Origin: Thermoplasmata archaeon
GTDB taxonomy: Archaea; Thermoplasmatota; Thermoplasmata; Lutacidiplasmatales; UBA184
Direction: 5' to 3'
Assembly (NCBI GenBank): GCA_027314915.1
Contig: DAHUZZ010000005.1
Span: 25,713 to 89,712 of the forward strand
Length of the DNA: 64,000 nt
The notes under the pieces: model-generated
Database searches by the model: none
Seen by the model: only the letters and a program-made list of their open reading frames with translations
What the model was told of the DNA's origin: nothing
Shown here: one piece after another, positions 40,543 through 52,400 of the stretch
Layout of the letters: every line of letters starts with the position of its first letter
Position numbering within the stretch: the first letter of the stretch is position 1
Made by a program: the position numbers and the translations under genes

Positions 40543-41433
40543 ATGCCCGACGGCGAGGAGCCCCCCGAGCCGCGCGAGCGGACCCCCGAGGAGGAGGGGG
40601 CGCCCGTCCCGCTCGCCATGGTGAACCCCGAGAGCCTGGGCGCGGGCAACGTCCCCGCGCTCCGCGTCTTCGAGCCGCCGGTCCCTCCGAAAAAGGTGGC
40701 CCGGGGCGTCGTGGTCTTCGACATGGACGGCACCCTCCTCGACGACATGCCGCTCATCGCGGGCGTGGCCGCCGAGGTACTCCACCGCGCCTTCGGCACG
40801 CCGCCCACGGATGCGAAGGTCCACTACTTCGCCACCACGGGCATGCCCTTCGAGGCCCAGCTCGCCCAGCTCTACCCCGACGCCCCGCTCCCCCTCCGGG
40901 CCGAGACCGCCCGGACCTTCCACGAGCGCAAGGTCCGGGAGGCCTACGCCTACGCCCGGCTCTTCCCCGAGGTGCCGAAGCTCCTCAAGCGGCTCGAGAA
41001 GGCCGGCTGGACCCTCGTGCTCTCCACGGGGGCGGAGCGCGAGACGGCCGACCTCCTCCTCGAGCGGGAGGGGATCCGGATCTGGTTCGATGCCGTGCTC
41101 GGCTCCGGCCAGGGCACGAAGCGGGAGCACCTCGCGGAGTACCGCCGCCGGTACCCGGGGGTCCCCCTCTTCCTCGTGGGGGACTCCCGGTTCGATCTCG
41201 AGGCGGCGCGGGACCTGAACGTCCCCATGTTCGCCCGCGCGGCGGCCCACCCGGAGTGGACCCTCGCGCCGGGGGATTTCCGAGGGTGGGGCGCCGCCTG
41301 GTCCGGCTACGAACTCTCGGGGCTGCCCGAAGCGCTCGAGGAGATCGCGGCGGGAGCGGCGGACCGGGCCCGGCCCGGATCCGGGACGCCCCGGCGCACG
41401 GTCCGGAAGCGGGCCGGCCGCGGGGACCGGTAG
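40543..41433 (+). CDS. HAD-superfamily hydrolase
   Basis: FDMDGTL motif I, ST motif II, K motif III, VGDSRFD motif IV. Confidence 0.9.
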   Translation: MPDGEEPPEPRERTPEEEGAPVPLAMVNPESLGAGNVPALRVFEPPVPPKKVARGVVVFDMDGTLLDDMPLIAGVAAEVLHRAFGTPPTDAKVHYFATTGMPFEAQLAQLYPDAPLPLRAETARTFHERKVREAYAYARLFPEVPKLLKRLEKAGWTLVLSTGAERETADLLLEREGIRIWFDAVLGSGQGTKREHLAEYRRRYPGVPLFLVGDSRFDLEAARDLNVPMFARAAAHPEWTLAPGDFRGWGAAWSGYELSGLPEALEEIAAGAADRARPGSGTPRRTVRKRAGRGDR

Positions 41434-41541
41434 GGCCGGGACCGAGACTCTCCGGGGTCGGGGGTCGGCCCCGTCCCCTTTTGAACCCGGGTCGAGGGAT
41501 CCACAGTCCCCCAGGATAGACCAGACTACCCTATCCCGGCC
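41434..41541 (-). tRNA. tRNA-His(GUG) with encoded G-1 and a 32-nt intron at position 59/60 (41448..41479)
   Basis: Reverse complement: G-GCCGGGA TA GGGTAGTCTGGTCTATCCT G GGGGA CTGTGGA TCCCT CGAC CCGGG TTCAAA [32 nt] T CTCGG TCCCGGC C. The cloverleaf closes after removing the insert; C73 discriminator; CCA not encoded. Confidence 0.92.
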
Positions 41542-41566
41542 GCAGGCGCCGGAGGAAGGGCTCCGC

Positions 41567-44032
41567 TCAAAAGGTTTGTTGCGCGGCACGGGGCGACGTC
41601 GCCGCGCTCCGCGCCGACGGGTCCGTCCCGGATCCTTCCTCGGACGTGGGGTCCTCCCGGGGCCTCGGCAGGGGTCCCCCGTAGATCATGGACGTGTCCG
41701 GGGGCGGCGTCCCGCGTCCCCGGCGCGCCCGCGGGTAGAAGACGGCGAGGAGCGCCCCCCCGGCGAGGACCGCGAAGGCGAGGAGGATCCCGTCGAGGGG
41801 CAGGATGCCGCCCCCCGAGGAGGCGGCGGGGAGCACGCTCACCGCGACGGTCGCGTTCGCGGAGAGGCCGTTCCCGTCGGTGACCTCGACCCGGATCGTC
41901 GAGGGGCCGGCGGAGCGCGGGATGCAGGAGAGGTGTCCGGCGCTCTGGCCCGAGCAGCCGGCGGGCAGCCCGGTCCAGACGAACAGGAACGGGGCGGTCC
42001 CGCCCGAGAGCGGGACGCTGAGGTTCATCTGGAGGCCGACGATGAGCTCCGTCGGCTCCACCGCGATCGCGCCCAGCTGGGGCCTCGCGTAGACGCGGTA
42101 GGGGAGCGCCGAGCGGGCGGAGAGCCCGTTCGAATCGGTGGCGGTGACGGCGATCCCGATGGACCCGTTCCCGGTGAAGGTGCAGTTGAAGGTGGGGCCG
42201 GTCCCGGGGCCGCACACGGCCCCGAAGGGCGGGGTCCAGTCGTACGAGTAGGGCGGCAGGCCGCCGGACGGCGTGACGGTGAACGTCGTCGACTGGCCGG
42301 TGTCCGCCGAGGTGCGGTTCGCGAGGGGGATCGGAAGGGTGATCGTCGGCTGGGTCGTGAACGGCAGCGATGGGGCGGTGACGGTGATCCCGCCCGCGTC
42401 GGTCACGTTGACCCGCACCGTGGTGCTGCCGGGAAGGACCGGCCGGCAGGCGAGGTCGGACCTGTTCGCGGGGGCGCAGCCGGAGGGCAGCCCGGTCCAG
42501 GTGAAGCGGTACGCCCCCGTCCCCCCGCTCGCGACGACCGTGAAGTTGACCGGCTGGCCCAGGTCGATCGAGGGGGGTTCGCTGGTCAGCAGCGGCGCCG
42601 CCAGCGGCGGGGCGTTCGCCGAGGCGATGAACGTCGACCAGTTCGCCCCGCTCCCGTCCACGTAGGTGCCGGCGATCCACACCCCCGTCGGGTTCTCCGG
42701 GTCGGCCGCGGCGGAGGAGCCATTGCCCCAGGCGCAGATGTGGGCCGGCGTGCAGGCCGTCCCGGCGACGCCGGCCCCCGCGACCACGAACGTGAGCGGG
42801 CCCAGCGTCCCGGGCTCGTTCGCGGGCTGCCCGAGCTCGACCAGCGACGGGTCGACGGTGCCGTTCGACAGCCCGGCAACGATCACGACATCCCCCCCGC
42901 CGTCGGAGGCGACCGCCGGGTCGAACAGACCCTGCCCGGCGCCCACGAGCCGGTCCACCAGGACCGCGCCCGAGGAGAGGTTCGCCCGGATCAGCTGGAG
43001 GCCGTCCGCGCCCCCGTCCGAGACGGTCCGGACCAGGAGGAGGATCCCGGCGTCGTCGGTGGCCCCGAACGCCCCCGCCGGCGGGGCCGCGAGCTCGGCG
43101 GCGGTGCCCGGCTGGGCGAGCGGGCGGGGGGCGGAGTACGGCGTGACCGTGATCGTCGAGCTCTGGACATTGATCGGGTACGGCGGGACCCCGCTCGAGG
43201 CGGTGATGGTCAGCTGCGCCGGCCCGGAGGCGACGAACAGTCCGGACCGTGCGCTCCCCACGACGCCGACCGCCTGGGTGGTCGGGTCCACGCCGACCGG
43301 ACCGAAGGTCGTCCGCTCGAGCGTCGCGCCGTTCCGGAGCGCCGAGCCGTTCACGATCCAGCACTGGGTGCCGAGGACCGCCCCGGTGCTCTCGTTCGCG
43401 GCCGGGGCCGCCACGGTCAGGACCGCTCCCCCTGCGCCGAGGGTCGGCGTCCCCAGCCGGTCCCCCGCGGCCGCCGGCAGCGAGTAGAAGCTCCACGCCC
43501 CGGTGGAGTTCGAGGAGTTGGACATCCCGATCTCGAGCGCCCCCGTGGTGGCGTCGGAGGCCGCGACGACGAACCGGCCGAGGTAGGGATCGAACGACCC
43601 CGTGGGGCCGGTGAGGCGGTCGCCGGGGAGCCCGAAGAAGGTGGCGAGGGGGAGCGTGCGGAGCAGCGCGGCGCCCGAGGAGAACCATGCGGCATGCCCC
43701 TCGACGAGCTCGAGGGAGTCGTTGGGTCCCACCGCGTAGGAGACGTTCGTGCCCGCGCACCCGCACGCCGGTTGCGAGGAGTTGAGCCCGGAGAAGCCGG
43801 AGACCACCCCCGCCGGCGGCGGGACGAACGCCGACCGGGCCCCGGGAGCCGCCGTCCGCGCCGGCGGAGCGGCCGCCGGGTCGGACGCCGCGCCCCGGAG
43901 GATCGGCCGGGCGGTCCGCGCTCCCGCGCCCGGGACTCCCGGGGCCAGGGCGGCCAGCAGCAGGACCGTGGCGAGGCCGAGGGCCAGGAGGGGACCGTGG
44001 CGGGCGGCGGTGCGTCGGGCGGCCGGCCTCAT
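41567..44032 (-). CDS. Membrane-anchored surface protein with PKD-like Ig repeats
   Basis: Signal peptide, SGG..PY.(F/Y).W.GLP.GC repeats, V.D.NG, C-terminal TM followed by RARR. Confidence 0.82.
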   Translation of the reverse strand: MRPAARRTAARHGPLLALGLATVLLLAALAPGVPGAGARTARPILRGAASDPAAAPPARTAAPGARSAFVPPPAGVVSGFSGLNSSQPACGCAGTNVSYAVGPNDSLELVEGHAAWFSSGAALLRTLPLATFFGLPGDRLTGPTGSFDPYLGRFVVAASDATTGALEIGMSNSSNSTGAWSFYSLPAAAGDRLGTPTLGAGGAVLTVAAPAANESTGAVLGTQCWIVNGSALRNGATLERTTFGPVGVDPTTQAVGVVGSARSGLFVASGPAQLTITASSGVPPYPINVQSSTITVTPYSAPRPLAQPGTAAELAAPPAGAFGATDDAGILLLVRTVSDGGADGLQLIRANLSSGAVLVDRLVGAGQGLFDPAVASDGGGDVVIVAGLSNGTVDPSLVELGQPANEPGTLGPLTFVVAGAGVAGTACTPAHICAWGNGSSAAADPENPTGVWIAGTYVDGSGANWSTFIASANAPPLAAPLLTSEPPSIDLGQPVNFTVVASGGTGAYRFTWTGLPSGCAPANRSDLACRPVLPGSTTVRVNVTDAGGITVTAPSLPFTTQPTITLPIPLANRTSADTGQSTTFTVTPSGGLPPYSYDWTPPFGAVCGPGTGPTFNCTFTGNGSIGIAVTATDSNGLSARSALPYRVYARPQLGAIAVEPTELIVGLQMNLSVPLSGGTAPFLFVWTGLPAGCSGQSAGHLSCIPRSAGPSTIRVEVTDGNGLSANATVAVSVLPAASSGGGILPLDGILLAFAVLAGGALLAVFYPRARRGRGTPPPDTSMIYGGPLPRPREDPTSEEGSGTDPSARSAATSPRAAQQTF

Positions 44033-44098
44033 GGGGAACGCCCCACCCACCGCCCGTGGGGGTATTTGTCCCTGTGCGCGAGCGGTCCGGACGTGCGC

Positions 44099-45097
44099 CT
44101 ACCCCGCAAGCCCCGACTCGGGGCGCCCCGCCGGCACCGGTACCCATCCGCTCTTCGCGTGGAGGGAGCCGTCCGGGCCGATCCGGACCCGGACCGCGGC
44201 CGCGCGGCCGAACGCCCCGAATTCGAGCGAGTACCACTGCACGAGCCAGCCTCCGCCCGCGACCGGCTCGGCCACGGCGGCGTGGTAGGTCTGGTCGATG
44301 ATCGTGCTCGTGTGCCGCGCGAGCGGATAGCTCCGTTCGAGCGCCTCCCGCTCCGTGGCCACCGGGCCCTGGGCACCGTCGCTCTCGAGCGGGACGTCGA
44401 CGTCGTGCGGACCGTCGACGATCCCCCGGCCGAAGCTGTAGCGGAGGTAGCCGGTCCGTATCCGCCCGTCGGCCCGCCGCTCGTACAGGAGGAGCCAGGA
44501 GAACGGATTGCCCGTCGGCGCGACGTGCGTGTAGCCCGGGAACTGCCGGCGCAGGGAACCCATCGAGAGCCGCCCGGCGAGCCGGATCGCAAGGTAGCCG
44601 CCGTAGAAGATCATCATCCCGTAGACCGTCCACGTGTAGACGGGGAACGGCACGCGGAAGCGCTCCGAGGCGAGCAGCACGATCGAGGTCACGCTCGCCA
44701 CCAGCAAGATGAGGTTGATCGCCCGGTCGGCGTCCACCTCGAGGGGCCGCTCGCTGAAGGGCAGGAGCGGCGCGACCGAGAAGTGCGTGAAGGCATCCCC
44801 CAGCATGTGGCCGAGGCCGGCCGCCTCCATGACCAGGAAGTAGACGAGCGGCGCGCCCGGAAGGATCCGGGGGGCGATGACGAGGCCCCCGACGAGCGCG
44901 ACCACCGTCACGCCGAGGATCGAGTGCGTGATCCCGTGGTGCCGGAGCACCGGGAACCGCTTCGCGATGGGGAAGAAGAGGATGTCGGCGTCGGGGAGCC
45001 CGCCCGCGAGCGCGCCCGCCGCGAGGTACTGCGGCGCGTAGCCGACGATGCCGTAGCTGATGAGGTAGCCTAGGATGACGTGGGTGAACAGGTCCAC
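44099..45097 (-). CDS. Membrane metal-dependent hydrolase (YdjM/DUF457-like)
   Basis: MDLFTH, LPDAD, HHGITHS, HMLGD. Confidence 0.88.
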   Translation of the reverse strand: MDLFTHVILGYLISYGIVGYAPQYLAAGALAGGLPDADILFFPIAKRFPVLRHHGITHSILGVTVVALVGGLVIAPRILPGAPLVYFLVMEAAGLGHMLGDAFTHFSVAPLLPFSERPLEVDADRAINLILLVASVTSIVLLASERFRVPFPVYTWTVYGMMIFYGGYLAIRLAGRLSMGSLRRQFPGYTHVAPTGNPFSWLLLYERRADGRIRTGYLRYSFGRGIVDGPHDVDVPLESDGAQGPVATEREALERSYPLARHTSTIIDQTYHAAVAEPVAGGGWLVQWYSLEFGAFGRAAAVRVRIGPDGSLHAKSGWVPVPAGRPESGLAG

Positions 45098-45125
45098 GAG
45101 GCGGCCTCCCCGGCGTCGGGCGGGC

Positions 45126-45392
45126 TCACAGGAGCCCCTCCTCCATCACTTCGACGCTCTCGACGTGGGGCAGCTTCGAGAGCGCCTCCTCCGTGGCCTG
45201 GAGGACGCCGCCGGCGTCGCCCATCACGACCGAGAGGAGGAGCGCCTTGAGCCCGTAGGCGATGTCCTTGACCTGGAGCCCCCGCAGCGTGACCCCCGGG
45301 GGGAGGGCCCCGCGCACCGACTCGCCCAGCGCGCGCATGTCCGTGTCGACGCCCGTCGGCATGAGCCGGAAGAGCACCGCCACCTGACCCAT
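45126..45392 (-). CDS. ef1b: Translation elongation factor aEF-1beta
   Basis: MGQVAV.FRLMP, IAYGLKAL, VESVEV. Confidence 0.93.
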   Translation of the reverse strand: MGQVAVLFRLMPTGVDTDMRALGESVRGALPPGVTLRGLQVKDIAYGLKALLLSVVMGDAGGVLQATEEALSKLPHVESVEVMEEGLL

Positions 45393-45414
45393 CGCGCCCT
45401 CCCCGCCCGGACCC

Positions 45415-45585
45415 CTACGGACCCAGGAAGCCGCAGTTGGGGCAGCGGTACGGCACGCTCTGGTCGCGGCAGCGCGCGCACCGGCCGATGGTCGCCTGGC
45501 CGCAGCTCGGGCAGGGGAAATGGGTCGCCCCGCGCCCCGAGATCACCGTCCCGGAGGAGGTGCAGTGCAGCTCATCGAGCGCCAC
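45415..45585 (-). CDS. Zn-ribbon protein DUF1610 (HVO_2753-like)
   Basis: Manual translation [56 protein letters not shown]; the usual archaeal position upstream of EF-1beta. Confidence 0.9.
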   Translation of the reverse strand: MALDELHCTSSGTVISGRGATHFPCPSCGQATIGRCARCRDQSVPYRCPNCGFLGP

Positions 45586-45619
45586 GGTGGATCGATCCTC
45601 TTCTGCCGGCGGGGAAGAC

Positions 45620-46450
45620 CTAGCGCTTCCGTCCGCGGCGGCGCGCGCCAGACGTCGTGAGGAATATAAAGATGGCTGCGACGAAGACCCCGCCGGCGAG
45701 GATGTAGTACGGCGTGTAGTTGATGGGCGAGGCCGTGACGTAGAAGCTCTGGCTGTAGAACTCCTGGCCGTTCGAGAAGACCACGAGCCCGTGCTCGTTG
45801 GCGAGGTTGATCGAGAAGGTGTGCTCGCCCGGCGCCAGGTTCTGGTTCACGTAGCTGAAGGCGATGGAGTAGCTCGAGTGGCCCGTCAGCGTGGGGACCG
45901 CGACCGAGCCCACGGGGGTCCCGTCCAGGAGGACCGAGAGGTTGAACGCGGCGGTGCCGATCCCCGACTCCACGACGAGCTGCGCGCGGAGGCTGTAGGG
46001 CTGGACCACCTGGATCGCGTAGGAGAGGTTCGTCGAGACGTTCTGGCCCTGGTACCCGCTCGTGACGTCGACCGAGAGGACGAGCGACTGGGTCACGTTG
46101 CCCGCGGTCAGGGAGATCGTGGCGGTGCCGTTCGTGAAGACCCCGGCGGAGGGGAGCAGCGTCACCTGCGAGGTGTTGGCGCCCGCGACGCTCGCCTCGT
46201 AGGAGAGCGTGCCGACCTGGGTGCCGTTGAACCCGACGGCGGGTCCCCCGGTCACCGTCACGGTGTAGCTCCCCTTGAGCCCCTGGCCGACCACGTTGGG
46301 GCCGGCGATGTGGCCCGTGAGCGGGGGGTAGCTCGACGCGGCGTTCGCGCCCCCGGCGAGGGCGGCGAGGAGGAGGACCGGCGTCAGGAGCCCGACCGCG
46401 AGCGGCGTCCATCGCCGCGGGGCCCGGGCGGATGCCGGACGGGGGCTCAC
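45620..46450 (-). CDS. Membrane-anchored Ig-fold secreted protein
   Basis: Signal peptide, beta-rich body, C-terminal TM with basic tail; directly downstream of aglB. Confidence 0.8.
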   Translation of the reverse strand: MSPRPASARAPRRWTPLAVGLLTPVLLLAALAGGANAASSYPPLTGHIAGPNVVGQGLKGSYTVTVTGGPAVGFNGTQVGTLSYEASVAGANTSQVTLLPSAGVFTNGTATISLTAGNVTQSLVLSVDVTSGYQGQNVSTNLSYAIQVVQPYSLRAQLVVESGIGTAAFNLSVLLDGTPVGSVAVPTLTGHSSYSIAFSYVNQNLAPGEHTFSINLANEHGLVVFSNGQEFYSQSFYVTASPINYTPYYILAGGVFVAAIFIFLTTSGARRRGRKR

Positions 46451-46457
46451 CGGCCGC

Positions 46458-49400
46458 TCACCTCCGGGTCCACCGGCGGCTCCGCCACCAGCGGTAGGTG
46501 ACCGCGAAGACCGCCACCGCGGCGGCCGGCACGAAGGCGAGCGCGACCGGCACCCAGATGGGGTAGGCGGGGGGGGTGCCGACCGACGGGCCGGTGATGG
46601 TGAGGGTGCCGTTGGTGATGCTCACGGGCAGCTCGCTCACCGTGAGCGTCGTGCTGACGGATTCCAGGGTGCCGTTCTGGAGCGTGGCCACCACGGTCAC
46701 GGAGCCCGGCGGGACCGGCGAGTTCGTGGGCGAGGTCAACAGGACGCTGAAGGAGTTGTTCGACCCGGCGGAGATCGTCGTGGACCCCGGCAGGGGCGTC
46801 GTCCCCTTGGCCACGACCGCGGTCCAGCCCAAGCTCGCGAGCCGCTGCGAGTCGGCGATCGTGAGGCGGACCCCCTCGGGGGCGTTGCCGGAGTTCACGA
46901 CCCAGAACGGGAGCGTGGCGGAGTTGGGCGAGACCGCGCCCAGGGTCGGCGAGGCGCCGATGGCGAGACCCTGCACGGGGAGCAGCACGAGGGCGGGCGC
47001 GGGGCTCGCCACGCCGAGGAGCACGCCGCCCGGGCCCACCGCCTCGATGGCGATGGGCGGGTGGGCGACGGCGGTCCCGGCCGGCACGTGGATCACGACC
47101 TCGGCGTGGGCGCTCGAGTTGCCCGCGACGACGCCGAGGGAGAGGTTCTCCGGGGTGAAGTTGAAGGTCCAGGTGGACGGCGAGCCCACGAGGTGGAAGG
47201 CGACCGGCGAGGAGCCCGTGTTCGCGATCGCGAGCGAGAACGAGGCGAGACCCCCCGGCCCGATCGTCGCGGAGTCCGGTCCCTGGACGGAGATCCCGAC
47301 CCGGGGCGTGAGCACGGGCACGAGGGTGACCCGGGTCGCCGCGTTCCCGCTCATCAGCGCCGCCGTGCCGGAGCCGTTCGTCGGCGTGGCGACGCCGTAC
47401 GGCGCCGCGCTCGAGCTCGCCGTTATGATCCACACCCCGACGGGCAGCGCGTAGTCCGTGGGCGTGTTCACCGGGAGGCCCGAGAGGGAAAAGCCCACTC
47501 CGTCCGGACCGGTCCAGTTGACCTGCGCGACCGGGCTCGCGCCCGAGGAGGTGCTCTGGAGGGTGAGCGTGTCGATCCACGCCGGCCCGAGCGTCAGGTT
47601 GAGGTCGACCGGGTCCCCGTAGCCGATCGGGACCTGTTCGACGGTCGCGAGCCGCGATCCGCCGGACCCGCTCGTCGCGTAGAGGTCGTACAGGCCGGGG
47701 ACGAGCGAGGCGGAGAAGCTCCCGCCCGCGACCGCGGTCGCGGTGGTGAGGTTCGCGGAGGGGTAGGGGCCGATGAGGTCGATCGTGCCGGGCAGGAACG
47801 TGGTCTGGGCGCCGAAGGTGAGCGTGCCCACGACGGTGCTCCGGAGCACCTTCGCCGCGAGCGGCACGCGGCAGATGGTCAGGTTCGGCTGCTGCGTGCA
47901 CGAGCTACCTGGGACCACGGTGTAGACGGTGTAGCGCGTGACGCCGCCGGGCACCACCGAGGGCACGGTGGTGGTCATCGACGGGTAGACGGTCATGCCC
48001 TCCGGGAGCAGCGCGGTGAAGCTCCCGGCGATCGCGACGGTGTCGAGCGTGTAGCCGCCCGGCGTGGTGAGCTGGACCGGGACGGTCCCGTTCACGGCGC
48101 CCCCGTTGGGCACCGAGAAGTTCCCCCGGAGGAGCCCGCCGGGTTGCGAGAGGTCGAGGGCCGGGTACACCCCGCCCGTCGACCCGACGGTGACGTGGGT
48201 CAGGTTCGCGAAGGTGATGTTGCCCGCGGACGCGGCCGCGAACACGGTGTAGCTGCCGGGGGCGGCCAGGAAGCTCGTGACGAACTGTTGCCCGGTCAGG
48301 TTCTGGTCGTACCCGGGGGCGGTCAGCCGGAGCGACACGGAGGTCGCCGGCACCCCCGCGGGCAGCTCGAGCACGCCGCGCGAGGCGACCTGGTGGAAGA
48401 GGACGATGGAGAGGTTCTCCTGGTAGACGCCGGGCGGGAAGGTCACGTTGAGCGGCGCCGGCGGGCGGTAGAGGCCGCCGTTCACCGTCGTGGCGTAGGC
48501 GGTCACCGTGTAGGACCCGGGGACGATCGGCGTCGAGAACGTCGATCCGCCGGCGAGCGTGATCGTCTGGGCCGGCGGACGCGCTGCGGTCACGTTTACG
48601 TGGATGAGCGCGCCCGTGGGGAAGCCCGAGACGCTGAGGGTCAACTGGACGGTGGACAGGTCGAGCGGGATCGTGGAGAGCCGGGCGATCGCGGCCGGGT
48701 CGAGCCCGCACGCGAGGTAGGGGTCGAAGCCGAAGGAGGTCACCCCGACGCAGTAGCTCGCCCCCGCCGAGACCGTGGCCGGGACCGCGAAGGTGGCATT
48801 GCCGGCGGAGTCGGCCACGCTCGTGAGGAGCGCGCCCGAGGGCTCTTCGGTGACGTTGACGAGGGCGCCCGAGGCGGGGTAGATGAGCTGGCCCCGCTCG
48901 AAGACCCCCAGGGAGGCATGGACCACCATGGCGGGGGAGAGCGAGAGGTTCACGAAGGTCGTCCCGGCGACGGCGAGCGAGGCGAGCGCGGCGTAGCCGA
49001 TCCCGGTCCCGCCGGAGGGGGGCGCGGTGGCGCTCAGCCCGTAGGTGCCGGCGGGGAGGAGCAGGAGCCAGTCACCGGAGAGGTTCGCCGACGCCGAGAT
49101 GGTGTCACCGCGGGCGGTGTTCGCGGTGATGACGATGCTCGTCGGCGCCACGCCCGACGCGGGAGGGCCGGAGAAGCCGTGGACGGCGAAGGCCGGGGCG
49201 AGCGCGATCGGCTCGAGGGGGATGGTGCCCGTGAGCCCGGAGAGGTAGGCGGTCCCGAACCCCGCGTAGGCGCGGCCGCCCTGGTAGCCCACCGCGTAGA
49301 TCGAATAGTTGCCCGTCGGGAGGGTCGCGACGATCTGGCCGCCGGGCCCGCTGTAGAGCGTCGTCGAGTTGACGGTGGGGGGGCTCGCCGAGGCGTTCGA

Positions 49401-52400
49401 CTGGTTCGCCGGGAGCGCGGAGGTCGCCACGATGGGCGTGAAGCGGACCGGGAAGTTCGCGACGGGGCTCCCCGCGGAGAGGACCACGAGGCTCACGGTG
49501 ACCATGGGCTCGAGGGTGAGGTTCAGCGCGACGTGGGTGCCGTTGGTGCCGATGAGGAACGACTGCGGCACCGAGGCGAGGTCGTGCGACGGGTTCGTCG
49601 CCCGGATGGTGTAGTTGCCCGGCGCGAGGCTGCTCGCGGTGAACGCGCCGTTCGGACCGGTCACGAGCGTCGCCGTGGTCCCGCCCTGCTGCGAGAGGGT
49701 GACGGTCGCCCCGGTGCTCCCGCCCGGCACGGTGGAGAGGAGGTGCCCCCGGAGCTGGCCCGGCGTGAGGCCGATCGAGAGGTTCTTCGCGTCCCCGGTG
49801 GCGAACGACTGGGGGCTCTGGGTGAAGTTGCTGCCCTGGTAGGTCACGGAGAGGTTGTAGCTGCCCGGCGGGAGGTTCGACAGGAGGTAGGTGCCGCTCG
49901 CGTCGGTGCGGGTGTGGAAGGCCGGCAGCCCGCCGCCGCCCCAGAGGTTGACGGTCGCCCCGGGGATGATCGTGTCCGAGGGTGGCTGGTAGGTCGTATT
50001 GTTCGCGTTGTTCCAGTAGAGCGTCCCCGAGATCTTCGCGGGCGCGAGGGTGAAGCTCCGAACGAGGGGCGGGGCGTCGAAGGCGTAGCCCAGGGCGGGC
50101 GCGACGTACAGGTGCGTCGTGCTCAGCGTCGTGGACCCGGCCTGGATGAGCCCGTTGAAGCTGCCCGAGGTCACGTTCACCGTGATGTTACCGGGCGGGA
50201 GCGTGAGCGAGAAGCTCCCGTCCTTCGCCGTCACGGTGGTCTCGTGCGGGATGTTGAAGGCGTCGTAGACCGTCACCCGCGCCCCGGCCACGGGGGCCCC
50301 GTCGGGGAGCGTCACCGAGCCCAGCAGCGGCTGGCCGGCGTAGTAGGCGAGGATGCTGTTGCCGTTCGTGTAGTAGCTGCCCGCGGCGCCGTTCGTGACC
50401 GTCTCGGCGGTCCCGTTGGTGGCCTTCGCGAGCGCGATCGCCTCCGGCTGGTTCATCGCCACGCAGCCGTTCCCGCCCGTCGAGCCGTGGGGGCAGTAGA
50501 AGGCGGTGATGTAGACCGCCCGGAAGTGCTGGAGCATCCAGCCCGGCTCCGGGTAGTAGCCGCTCCCGATGGCGCCCTCGAGCCCCGGGATCCCGCCCGA
50601 CTGCCCGATGTCGCTCCCGTTGTATCCGGCGAAGACCCGGTAGATCATCGAGTTGTAGAACGGGGCGAACCGGTTGATGTTGTAGCTCACCGCCGAGACC
50701 GTCGGCGGGACCTGCCCGGCCGGGTAGGTGTTGCCGTCGGAGCCCAGGACGGTGACGTTGAAGAACGCCGAGGGGGTGCCGCCCGGCCCGATCACCCGGT
50801 CGGTGAGGTCGGCCGGCGCGTAGAAGATGCCCGTGTTCGACCCGCTCACGGGGAAGAGCCGGGTGTCGACCATCGCGTAGCGGATCGACCAGCCCGTGTA
50901 GGCCTGGAGGTCGTCGTAGAGGTTCGCGACCCCGGAGAGCGGGACCGTGTCCGCGAGGTACCACGACGTCGCCATGAACATCGCGTTCAACGGGTCCAGG
51001 TGGGTCGGGTCCACGGGCAGGTACCGCTCGGGGTGCGCGATGACGAGCGGGACGTCCTGGGAGGTGTTGACCATCAGGTCGTGGACCTCGGTCGCGTTCA
51101 CGCCGTTCGCGACCAGGATCCGGTTGATCCCCGACGTGAAGTAGCGCTGGCCCGACGTGATCTGGTTCGCGTAGAGCAGCTGGATCGCCAGCACCGAGAT
51201 CGCCTGGGACTCGTTCTGCGAGAGCAGGAACGCTCCCGCCGGTACGATCCCGTTCTGGAAGTTGTCGGCGACGGTCGGATGCTGCCCCTGCCCGACGGTC
51301 TGGAACCCGTAGTCCCACCAGCTGATGAACGCCGGACGTTGGGGTTCGGGCAGATTCGTATCTTGCGAAGCGAGCCAGTTGTAGCTCGCCGAGTCGTACT
51401 GGTCCGGCGTGTCGAGCGAGGTGCCCGCGGCGCCCAGGTAGAACGTCGAGGCGTTCGCCGCGGAGGTCCGAATCGGCGCCGGGAGCGTGTCGTAGATCTG
51501 CGTGTTGTAGCCGCTCTTCAGGTTGTAGGGGACCCCGGCGTCGATCGCGTACCAGACGTTCGGGATCAGGATGAGGAGGAGCAGCCCCATCACGAGGAAG
51601 TGCCGGGCCTTGAGCGAGCGGCGGAAGGCGGTGAACTGGCTCCGGCGATCGGAGAGGGACGCCACGTTCCGGCGCAGCTGCCCGTAGCCGGCGATGTCGA
51701 GGATCATCACCAGCACCTCCGCCGCGAGGAGGATGAACACCGCACTCCCCAGGAGGAAGAACTTCGCCGCGGTGATCGGCAGGTAGACCGAGATGAGCGC
51801 GAACACGAAGAACATCGTGTGCTCGCGTCGGAACTTCTGGCGACCGAGCTTGTAGGCGTACAGGCCGAGCCCGACGAAGGCGATGAAGAAGGTCAGGACG
51901 CCGAAGCCCAGGATCAGCGAGTCGATCGACGGCGCCTGCGCCTCGGCGACGGTCGAGTAGACGAGGGTCTTGACGAAGTAGCCCTGCCCGGTGATGATCG
52001 TGCTGAACGAGTGGGGGCTCGCGACGAACAGGATCCCGACCGCCGCCGCCGCCGTCAGGACGAAGGCCGGGATGGAGACGACCCAGGGGTAGTCCCGCAG
52101 GAGGAGGAACGGCAAGAGGACCACGAGGGAGCCGAAGAAGACCAGGAGCGGGATCTCGAACCAGCTCAGGAAGAAGCCGTTCAAGCTGTTGCCGCCCTGG
52201 ACGAAGAAGTACGGCATCGCCATGGGGAAGCCGACGAGGCCGACGACCCAGGTGAGCACGTAGAGGGAGAACGAGTCGACGCGGCGGATCCGCTCGACGA
52301 TCATCTGGACGACGAGGAATCCGACGAGCGCCGCGATGAAGAACGGGTAGCCCTGCCAGGAGAGGGCGAGGGCGCCCAGGCAGACGCCGGTGAACACCGC

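Noticed and set aside
41434-41479. Insert in tRNA-His as an integration-site (att) scar
   Set aside because: There is no duplicated tRNA 3' end or integrase in the window; the insert forms a BHB and clean removal restores the T-loop.
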